From an uncultured delta proteobacterium (GTDB taxonomy: Bacteria > Desulfobacterota > Binatia > Binatales > Binataceae), in the NCBI GenBank assembly GCA_963794325.1, contig CAWCDG010000004.1, positions 1,376,001-1,440,000 of the forward strand: 64,000 bases of DNA, given 5' to 3'. The notes below the pieces were generated by a model. It was not told the DNA's origin. It ran no database searches and saw nothing but the letters and a program-made list of their open reading frames with translations. How positions within the stretch are numbered: the first letter of the stretch is position 1; the number at the start of each line of letters is the position of its first letter. A program made the position numbers and the translations under genes. Positions 56,829-64,000 of the stretch are shown in pieces.

Positions 56829-59372
56829 ATGTCCTCCACCAAAAAAATTACGACGATAGTCAAGTATCTTGTAACCAGGTTCACGCTTGCAGCAGGTGTA
56901 GTAATCCTAGGTATGGCCGGAACCGCGGCGGCTTCGCACAAGCCAAAGCCGACAGTTGTTTCCACCGATCCAGCCGACGACGCCACCAACGTGCCCATCA
57001 ATACTACCGTCACAGTATACTTCAGCCTGCCGATAAACTGCGCAACGATTAACCGACAGACATTCGAACTCAAGGCCTTGAGGCACATGCCCGTAATAGC
57101 CAGAGGCATTAGTTGCAGCGGTAGTAGCGCGACCTTTACCCCCTCGAGCGATCTTGCGATCAACACCAGGTATCAGGTCGTGTTCCACGCCCGAATCTTG
57201 GCGCTTAATGGCAGGGCGCTGTGGGCCAACGGATTCGGTTTCGACTTCACCACCGGTCCGAACACCGAACCTCCGGCTACCGCGACCCCAACCGCGACTG
57301 CCACCGACACCGCCACTCCTACGGCCACCGCAACTGCCACCTCGACTGCAACTGACACGGCTACCGCCACCGCAACGGCCACGGCGACAGCCACTGCAAC
57401 TGACACGCCGACAGCCACCGCAACTAACACGGCTACTGCCACTGCGACTGACACGGCTACCGCTACGGCGACCGACACGGCAACGGCCACTGCAACCGAT
57501 ACGGCTACCGCGACGGCGACCGACACGGCAACGGCCACTGCAACTGATACAGCCACTGCCACCGCGACTGACACCGCAACGGCCACTGCAACCGATACAG
57601 CGACGGCCACCGCGACCGACACGGCTACGGCCACTGCAACTGACACGGCTACCGCGACGGCAACTGATACAGCGACAGCCACGGCAACCGACACCGCCAC
57701 AGCCACCTCAACTGCAACCGCGACGCCTACGGCGACTGCCACTGCACTTGCACCGACAGTATTTGCCTCGGCGCCTGCAATCGTCGGCTGCGGCGGACAG
57801 GGAATGGGGACCAATCAGACGATCACCGCGACCTTCAGTGAGCCGATGCTTGCGGCAACGATTATCGCGCCAGGAACCTTCACCGTGACCGGGCCGGGCA
57901 TTACCCCCGTTACGGGAAGCGTCACCTATGATGCGACCAACAACATCGCGACGTTTGCTCCGACCGGCGGTGTCTTCGCAACCGGCGTCACCTTTACCGC
58001 CACGATCACGACTGCGGCCGAGAGCGTGGGATTGTTACCGCTGGCGAGCAACTACGTGTGGACCTTTACGACTGGCGCGGGCCCTGACACGACTCCGCCT
58101 TTGGTAAGCGCCACCAATCCCGCTGACAGCGCCTCCAGCGTGGGCATCAACCAGAATATTGTCGCTACTTTCGACAAAGGGATGGACTCGACGACTCTTA
58201 CCCCAACGACATTCACCTTGATGGGGCCAGGGGTGACTCCTGTTCCGGGTACTGTGACCTACTCTACTATCGGCGACACTGCGACTTTCACGCCAGGTAG
58301 TCCACTCCTGACCAGCACTACCTATACTGCGACTATCACGACCGGGGTTACAGACCTATCCGGTAACGCGCTCGCAAATAACTTTGTCTGGACCTTTATG
58401 ACCGGGCTCACCACAGATGCCAGCGCGCCGACAGTCACTTCGACCAACCCGGCGGATCTTGCCACTGGGGTGGGCATCGACGCTTCGGTCAACGCAACCT
58501 TTGACAAGGCGATGGACGTTTCCACCTTGAACCCCCAAACCTTTACGTTGACAGGGCCTGGTGCGACGGTTGTAGTCGGGAAAGTCTCCTATGACGTTGC
58601 CGACATGATAGTAACGTTCACTCCGACCAGCATGCTTGCGGCCAGCACCTCCTTCACCGCCATGATCGCTGGAGCCAAGGATCTCGCAGGCAATGCGCTC
58701 GCGACGACTGTGTGGTCCTTCTCTACAGGCTCGACCACTACTGGGCAGGTGGCGGTGAACCTGGGATCGGCTTCCAGTTATGCGATTCTGGCCGCCACTA
58801 CCGTTACTGCCCCGGGCGCGATTGTAGTTAATGGAGATCTTGGTTTGTGGCCCGGTACCTCGGTAACAGGCTTTCCGCCGGCAACCGTGCTCGGGACCAT
58901 CAACATCAACAATCCTGCCTCAATGGCAGCACAGGCTGACCTGCTGACCGCGTACAATTATTTGAAGAACACGGTGCCGCCGGGAGCCACTAAGACCGGG
59001 AACATAGGCGGCACCACGCTCGCCCCCGGGGTTTACACTGCGCCGTCGACGTCGTTGGCGGTATCGTCGGGCAACCTGACCCTGGACGCGCAAGGAGACA
59101 CGAATGCGGTCTGGATCTTCCAGATTGGCTCGACTCTCGACGTCACGCCGGGCCTGCAGGTTATCCTGGCCAACGGCGCTCAGGCATCCAATGTCTTCTG
59201 GCAGGTTGGTAGTTCGGCCACGATCGACACTACCGCCGTCATGCAGGGAAACATATTGGCCTTTACCTCGGTCACGGTGAATGGCGGAGCAACGTTGAAT
59301 GGCAGAGCTCAGGCGCTGAACGGGGCTGTCACGGCAGGCGGCAGTGGCGCGTCATTGCCCGGATGTCAGTGA
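56829..59372 (+). CDS. secreted ice-binding protein (C-terminal DUF3494) with four bacterial Ig-like domains and a Thr/Ala repeat
   Basis: signal peptide; P.V..T.PAD.A..V.....A.F...M Ig units; VNLGSASSYAILA..TVT...V.GDLG..PGT.VTGF, LAPGVY, LTLDAQGD.NAVWIFQIGS.L, L.NGAQA.NVFWQVGSSAT, GNILA..S.T...GA.LNGRA.A..GAVT. Confidence 0.9.
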   Translation: MSSTKKITTIVKYLVTRFTLAAGVVILGMAGTAAASHKPKPTVVSTDPADDATNVPINTTVTVYFSLPINCATINRQTFELKALRHMPVIARGISCSGSSATFTPSSDLAINTRYQVVFHARILALNGRALWANGFGFDFTTGPNTEPPATATPTATATDTATPTATATATSTATDTATATATATATATATDTPTATATNTATATATDTATATATDTATATATDTATATATDTATATATDTATATATDTATATATDTATATATDTATATATDTATATATDTATATATDTATATSTATATPTATATALAPTVFASAPAIVGCGGQGMGTNQTITATFSEPMLAATIIAPGTFTVTGPGITPVTGSVTYDATNNIATFAPTGGVFATGVTFTATITTAAESVGLLPLASNYVWTFTTGAGPDTTPPLVSATNPADSASSVGINQNIVATFDKGMDSTTLTPTTFTLMGPGVTPVPGTVTYSTIGDTATFTPGSPLLTSTTYTATITTGVTDLSGNALANNFVWTFMTGLTTDASAPTVTSTNPADLATGVGIDASVNATFDKAMDVSTLNPQTFTLTGPGATVVVGKVSYDVADMIVTFTPTSMLAASTSFTAMIAGAKDLAGNALATTVWSFSTGSTTTGQVAVNLGSASSYAILAATTVTAPGAIVVNGDLGLWPGTSVTGFPPATVLGTININNPASMAAQADLLTAYNYLKNTVPPGATKTGNIGGTTLAPGVYTAPSTSLAVSSGNLTLDAQGDTNAVWIFQIGSTLDVTPGLQVILANGAQASNVFWQVGSSATIDTTAVMQGNILAFTSVTVNGGATLNGRAQALNGAVTAGGSGASLPGCQ
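57276..57746 (+). repeat. coding tandem repeat, (TA)n with 11 perfect TATATATD octapeptides (57429-57692)
   Basis: translation of the repeat; synonymous codons differ between units. Confidence 0.92.
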
Positions 59373-59571
59373 TGCAGAACTTGCGCTAAGACGACACTCT
59401 CAAGCGGGGCTCCGGCGCCCCGCTTGAGAATCGCTTCAACTTCGAAATTAAGGTGCTCTGGCGCAATGCCGGAGCACTTTTTCTTTCGCTATGGAAACAC
59501 CCGGGGGGATTGCCGAATGCGATTTGCTGTACTAACGACGAGTCTGCAATCTCGTGCGTTGGGGTTTGGCG

Positions 59572-60783
59572 ATGCAAAACGGAATCTTGTCGGGAATCAG
59601 GGTGATCGATTGTGGAACGTATATCGCGGGGCCGGCCTCGGCCACGGTGATGTCGGATTTCGGCGCGGAGGTGTTCAAAATCGAACGCCCCGATGGAGGA
59701 GATCTGTGGCGTCTGTTTCCACATCTAGCCGGCTCGGCGAAGTCCAGACTGAATTGGGCGTGGGTACTCACCGGCCGCAACAAGAAAAGCGTCGCACTCG
59801 ACCTCGGGAGTCCGGAAGGTTACGAGGCGCTGATGCGGCTGGTCAAAACTGCCGACGTTTTCGTCACCAACTATCAGACTCAACTGCTGACGAAGTTTCA
59901 TCTGAACTGGGACGATTTGCGCCCGGTTAATGAGCGGCTGATTTTCGCGCATCTCACCGGCTACGGCGAAAAAGGCGACGATGCTGACTTGCCCGCGTTC
60001 GATGCGCTGGCTTACTGGGCGCGTTCGGGTCTGATGACCGGCGTGACGGGGCGCGATGGGACGCCGTCTGGGCCGCGGCCGGGAATCGGAGACCATCCGA
60101 CGGCGATGGCGATGTTTGGCGCGATCATGCTCGGGCTCTACAACCGCGAGCGCACCGGACGCGGATCGAAAGTAGGCACGTCGTTGATGGCGAGCGGCGC
60201 CTGGGCGCATAGCTGCGATTTGCAGGCGCAAATGCTTGGCGCCACCTTTCCCAAACCGGCGGGTCTCACTCCGATAAATCCGCTATCCGCGGGATACATC
60301 ACGCGCGATGGGAAAGTGTTCCTGTTGGTTCAGCTCGATCCTGAGCACGAGTTCCCGCGGCTGTGCAAAATGTTCGAGGCGCCCGAGATGGCGACCGATC
60401 CGATGTTCGCGACCGACGCCGCCCGCACCGAGCACGCCGCCGAACTGTCGGCAATTTTGCAATCGCAATTCGAGTCGAAGGACCTGTCGGAGTGGCGCGC
60501 GCTGTTCAAGCAGTACGACATCAAATGGTCGGCGCTGCCGATGCTCGCAGACGTCGTGAACGATCCGCAGATGCGCGCCTCGGGCGCCTTCATCGAGCTC
60601 GACTGGCCGGGCCATGGCAAGATCGAGACGATCAACAGTCCGGTCTTTGTTGCGGGCGCCGAAAAGCGCAAGCCCGAACCGGCCCCCGAGGTAGGAGCGA
60701 ATACGCGCGAGGTCCTGCGCACGCTCGGTTATAGCGACGCCGCGATCGACGACCTGGTCAAGCGGCGGATCGCGGCAGGTTAA
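59572..60783 (+). CDS. CaiB/BaiF family III CoA transferase
   Basis: LSGIRVID...IAGP.....SDFGAEV.KIE.P.GGD, RNKKSVALDL, ADVFVTN, TGYG.KG, GD. Confidence 0.92.
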   Translation: MQNGILSGIRVIDCGTYIAGPASATVMSDFGAEVFKIERPDGGDLWRLFPHLAGSAKSRLNWAWVLTGRNKKSVALDLGSPEGYEALMRLVKTADVFVTNYQTQLLTKFHLNWDDLRPVNERLIFAHLTGYGEKGDDADLPAFDALAYWARSGLMTGVTGRDGTPSGPRPGIGDHPTAMAMFGAIMLGLYNRERTGRGSKVGTSLMASGAWAHSCDLQAQMLGATFPKPAGLTPINPLSAGYITRDGKVFLLVQLDPEHEFPRLCKMFEAPEMATDPMFATDAARTEHAAELSAILQSQFESKDLSEWRALFKQYDIKWSALPMLADVVNDPQMRASGAFIELDWPGHGKIETINSPVFVAGAEKRKPEPAPEVGANTREVLRTLGYSDAAIDDLVKRRIAAG

Positions 60784-60786
60784 TTG

Positions 60787-61653
60787 CTAGGCGCCGATTG
60801 TCTTCTGCAACCAGCTCACGAGATCGCGCATCACTTCGTCGCGGTTGGTTTCGTTCAGCATCTCGTGGCGGCCTTCTGGATAGTATTTCTCGCTGACGTT
60901 TGCGATTCCGGCGGCGCGATAGCGATCGGCCAGCGGCTTCAGCCATTCGAGGTTGTGATTAATCGGGTCCTTGTCGCCGGCGAAAATGTAGATTGGAAGG
61001 TCCTTGCGAATTTGCCCCAGTGCCGCCGGATCGATCAGCCGAATCGCAGAAGCGGTCATCGTCGCCATCGCTTTCTTGTTGATTCCAAATCCGCAAAGCG
61101 GGTCCGCTTCGTACGCATCCACCGCCGCGGGATCGCGGCTCAACCAATCGTGTTGGGTTCGCGCAGGCTCGAACGAGCGGTTGAACGCGGTGAGGTCGGC
61201 GTCCTGCGACGGATCGATCGACAGCTTGTCCACCGCCGCCGAACCCGACAGAACGAGGCCAGCGATCACCGCGCTGTTGTCGAGCACGTAATTCTGCGCC
61301 GCGAACGATCCCATGCTGTGGCCGAGCAGGATCACCGGCAGGCGTCCTTCGCGGGTGCGCGCGAGGCGGGTGAGCGTCACCATGTCGGCGACCAATCCGT
61401 TCCATCCGGCACTGCCAAAGTCGCCGAGCGACTCGCGGCCCTTCACGCTGCGTCCGTGCCCGCGATGGTCGTTGGCGTAAACGTGAAAGCCAGCCTGGTT
61501 GAGAAACTCCGCGACGTGGGCGTAGCGGAGCGAATGCTCGCCCATGCCGTGCGCGATCTGAACGATTGCGGCGGCCTTTCCGGGAGCGCGCCATCGATAG
61601 TAGGCAATCTCGGTTCCATCTTCGCTGTTGAAAGAAAAATCTTCGCGTCTCAT
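60787..61653 (-). CDS. alpha/beta hydrolase (lysophospholipase-like)
   Basis: QIAHGMGEH..RY, DHRGHG, GHSMG, WLSRD, RHEMLNE.NR. Confidence 0.9.
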   Translation of the reverse strand: MRREDFSFNSEDGTEIAYYRWRAPGKAAAIVQIAHGMGEHSLRYAHVAEFLNQAGFHVYANDHRGHGRSVKGRESLGDFGSAGWNGLVADMVTLTRLARTREGRLPVILLGHSMGSFAAQNYVLDNSAVIAGLVLSGSAAVDKLSIDPSQDADLTAFNRSFEPARTQHDWLSRDPAAVDAYEADPLCGFGINKKAMATMTASAIRLIDPAALGQIRKDLPIYIFAGDKDPINHNLEWLKPLADRYRAAGIANVSEKYYPEGRHEMLNETNRDEVMRDLVSWLQKTIGA

Positions 61654-61795
61654 GCGGGTGCACCTCCCGGCTCTCGAATCCTGGGAACCGAATACTACAA
61701 ATTGAATAGCCCCGTCGATTCCCTTTTGACGTTATGTGCTACGGCGCGGTAGCTTTCAGTTGGATTAACCCGAAACTTATTGGTCCAGGAGTGAT

Positions 61796-62188
61796 GTGAT
61801 GAAAGATCCGGCATACGACGCGGGATTGGCCGTTCGGCGTCGCGTCCTGGGCGACGCGCATGTTAAGCGCTCAATGGAAAACGCGACCAGCTTTGACGAA
61901 GACTTTCAGAATCTCGTCACGCGCCACGCGTGGGGCGACATCTGGACGCGGCCCGGCCTCGACCATCGAACGCGCAGCCTCATCACGATCGCGCTGCTGG
62001 CTGCCGGCGGCCGCAATGAAGAGTTAAATCTTCACATTCGCGCCACTCGCAACACGGGCGCTACGCCAGACGAGGTGAAGGAAGTTCTGCTGCAGGTCGC
62101 GGTCTATGCCGGTGTGCCTGCGGCGAACTCCGCGTTCCGAATCGCAAAGTCGGCGTTCGAGGAAATGGCGAAAGAGGACGCCCGATGA
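61796..62188 (+). CDS. pcaC: 4-carboxymuconolactone decarboxylase
   Basis: G.AVRR.VLGDAHV, FQ..VTR.AWG.IW.RPGL...RS.IT.A.L, AVYAGVPAAN. Confidence 0.93.
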   Translation: MMKDPAYDAGLAVRRRVLGDAHVKRSMENATSFDEDFQNLVTRHAWGDIWTRPGLDHRTRSLITIALLAAGGRNEELNLHIRATRNTGATPDEVKEVLLQVAVYAGVPAANSAFRIAKSAFEEMAKEDAR

Positions 62189-62889
62189 GATCGCCCGCGG
62201 GCTATCGTCGCGAAACGTCGGGAGATCACCCGCCGTACGATTGTCCTGCTTACGCGAGCACCCACAAGCGAGCGCCGCGAAATGCGCCGGTAAGGATCGA
62301 ACACACGCTTTCGGAAATCACCGGACCCAGGTTTGCGCGCGAGATGATCGCATCTGGCGAAAACGATCTCACGCATTTCAATGGCGGTGAAGCTCTCGGC
62401 GAGCGAATCATCGTAACCGGACGCGTCCTCGATGAAGATGGCGGCGCGATTCCGTACACTATAGTCGAAATCTGGCAGGCGAATGCCGCGGGCCGCTACG
62501 CTCACGCAGACGACCGGCACGACGCGCCGCTTGATCCGCACTTCGCCGGCATCGGAAGAGTGATTACCGACGAGCAGGGCGCGTATCGCTTCATGACGGT
62601 CAAGCCGGGCGCGTATCCGTGGCGCAATCATCACAATGCGTGGCGGCCGAATCACATTCACTTCAGCCTGTTCGGGCCGAGTTTCGCCACTCGCCTCATT
62701 ACTCAGATGTATTTTCCCGGTGATCCGCTTCTAGCTATCGACCCGATCTTCAACAGTGTCCCGGATCCTTCGGCGCGCGAACGGCTGATAGCTACATTTG
62801 ATATTGAAGTTACTATTCCCGAATACGCACTCGGTTATAGATTCGATTTTGTATTGCGCGGTTCCGACGCGATACCAACCTCGCACTGA
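62185..62889 (+). CDS. pcaH: protocatechuate 3,4-dioxygenase beta subunit
   Basis: SEITGP, GERI.V.GRVLD, EIWQANA.GRY.H, KPG.YPWRNH.NAWRP.HIHFS. Confidence 0.95.
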   Translation: MRSPAGYRRETSGDHPPYDCPAYASTHKRAPRNAPVRIEHTLSEITGPRFAREMIASGENDLTHFNGGEALGERIIVTGRVLDEDGGAIPYTIVEIWQANAAGRYAHADDRHDAPLDPHFAGIGRVITDEQGAYRFMTVKPGAYPWRNHHNAWRPNHIHFSLFGPSFATRLITQMYFPGDPLLAIDPIFNSVPDPSARERLIATFDIEVTIPEYALGYRFDFVLRGSDAIPTSH

Positions 62890-62891
62890 AA

Positions 62892-63464
62892 ATGAGCCCG
62901 CGGCAAACCCCATCGCAAACCGTCGGTCCGTTCTTCAAGCCTGCGCTGGTTCGACCTGGAAGTGAATCGATGGTCACGTCCAAGTCTCGCGGCGAGCGCA
63001 TCACGATTGAGGGCCGCATTCTCGACGGCGACGGCGCGCCGGTTAGCGACGCGATGATCGAGCTCTGGCAGGCAAACGCCGACGGCCGCTATGACCATCC
63101 CGACGACTCGCAGGAAAAGCTGATCGATCCCGAATTCCACGGGTTCGGCCGAGCTGCGACTGACGAGCGCGGGTGCTTTCGCTTTTACACGATCAAGCCG
63201 GGCGCTGTTCCGGGCCCGGGCAGTCTGCTTCAAGCGCCGCACATCAACGTATCTATTTTCGCGCGCGGCCTTTTGAAGCGGCTGGTCACTCGAATCTACT
63301 TTCCCGGCGAGCAACAGAACGCCAGCGACGCTGTGTTGAACACTCTCTCGCGCGAGCGACGTGCGACACTGGTCGCTCGAATCGAGAACGCTGAGCGGCC
63401 GAACGTGTTGCGATTCGATATCGCGCTGCAGGGAGAGAACGAGACAGTGTTCTTCGACGTATGA
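62892..63464 (+). CDS. pcaG: protocatechuate 3,4-dioxygenase alpha subunit
   Basis: TPSQTVGPF, QAPHINV.IFARGLL..L.TRIYF, FDI.LQGE.ETVFFD. Confidence 0.95.
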   Translation: MSPRQTPSQTVGPFFKPALVRPGSESMVTSKSRGERITIEGRILDGDGAPVSDAMIELWQANADGRYDHPDDSQEKLIDPEFHGFGRAATDERGCFRFYTIKPGAVPGPGSLLQAPHINVSIFARGLLKRLVTRIYFPGEQQNASDAVLNTLSRERRATLVARIENAERPNVLRFDIALQGENETVFFDV

Positions 63465-64000
63465 GCATTCATCCCGCAGACTCTCAAATTTTCGGCGCGC
63501 TGTACGGCACCGATGAAACGCGCGAGCTGTTCTCCGATCGCGCTCATCTGCAATTCATGCTCGACGTCGAGGCTGCGTTGGCCCGCGCGGAAGCGAAACT
63601 CGGCTTGGTGCCCGCGGATGTTGCCGACGCGATCGGCCGCGCGGCCCGAGTCGAGAACTTGCGGCTTGATTATATCGCAGACAGCACCCGCCTCGTCGGT
63701 TATCCGGTGGTCGCCGTGGTCAAAGAGCTGGGCCGAATCGCGGGCGATGAGGCCGCGCGCTACATCCATCTTGGCGCCACCACTCAGGATATTCTCGACA
63801 CCGCGCTCGTTCTGCAGTTACAGCGCGCGTTTGCGATCATGCGTCGCGATCTGATCGCGATCGCGCGCGCGCTCGCAGAGCGCGCGGTCAAGTTTCGCGA
63901 CACGCCGATTGCGGGCCGGACCCATCTGCAGCACGCCGTCCCGACAACGTTCGGTCTCAAGTGCGCCACATGGGCGTCGCCGTTAGTCACTCACGTCGAG
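63461..64000 (+). CDS. pcaB: 3-carboxy-cis,cis-muconate cycloisomerase (3'-truncated by window edge)
   Basis: open frame from ATG 63461: LFSD..HLQ.MLDVEAALARA, HLGATTQDILDT, AGRTHLQHA.PTTFG.K; pca operon context. Confidence 0.85.
   Translation, partial: MSIHPADSQIFGALYGTDETRELFSDRAHLQFMLDVEAALARAEAKLGLVPADVADAIGRAARVENLRLDYIADSTRLVGYPVVAVVKELGRIAGDEAARYIHLGATTQDILDTALVLQLQRAFAIMRRDLIAIARALAERAVKFRDTPIAGRTHLQHAVPTTFGLKCATWASPLVTHVE

Noticed and set aside
57276-57746. 24-bp periodic DNA as a possible CRISPR array
   Set aside because: No unique spacers, it is an in-frame coding repeat, and no cas genes are in the window.
57173-57814. 213-aa VAVAVS-repeat ORF on the minus strand
   Set aside because: Antisense shadow of the TATATATD coding repeat.
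63513-63854. 113-aa ORF after pcaG
   Set aside because: Out-of-frame shadow; the real gene is pcaB, open from 63461 to the window end.

Overview
High-GC bacterial chromosomal window. Gene content and Thr/Ala/Pro-rich secreted proteins suggest a Candidatus Binatota-like soil bacterium (inference only). Left part: accessory DNA downstream of tRNA-Ser(GGA), housekeeping genes (nitronate monooxygenase family, queE, larC, dksA, galU) and tRNA-Ala(CGC). The tRNA-Ala 3' end plus about 190 bp of flank is duplicated 8.4 kb downstream, bracketing an integrase-less islet that holds a heavily frameshifted SBBP beta-propeller gene. Middle part: a TetR-regulated flavin monooxygenase pair with visible operators, a complete pqqABCDE operon (pqqA is absent from the ORF track), CoA transferase, molybdopterin oxidoreductase, cysK, msrA, a B12 radical SAM enzyme, and an ECF sigma / zinc anti-sigma-vWA fusion locus with a second vWA paralogue. 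Right part: a general-stress-like cluster with two copies of a covarying ~92-nt structured leader RNA candidate, an AI-2E transporter fused to a cobalamin-binding-like module, a Trp/His-repeat Gln-rich secreted protein, small unannotated membrane proteins, a DedA-degenerate PAP2 fusion, and a DUF3494 ice-binding protein with an 11x TATATATD repeat. The window ends in pcaCHGB. No CRISPR array, rRNA or intact transposase/integrase was seen. All family calls come from motif recognition by eye; no database searches were run.
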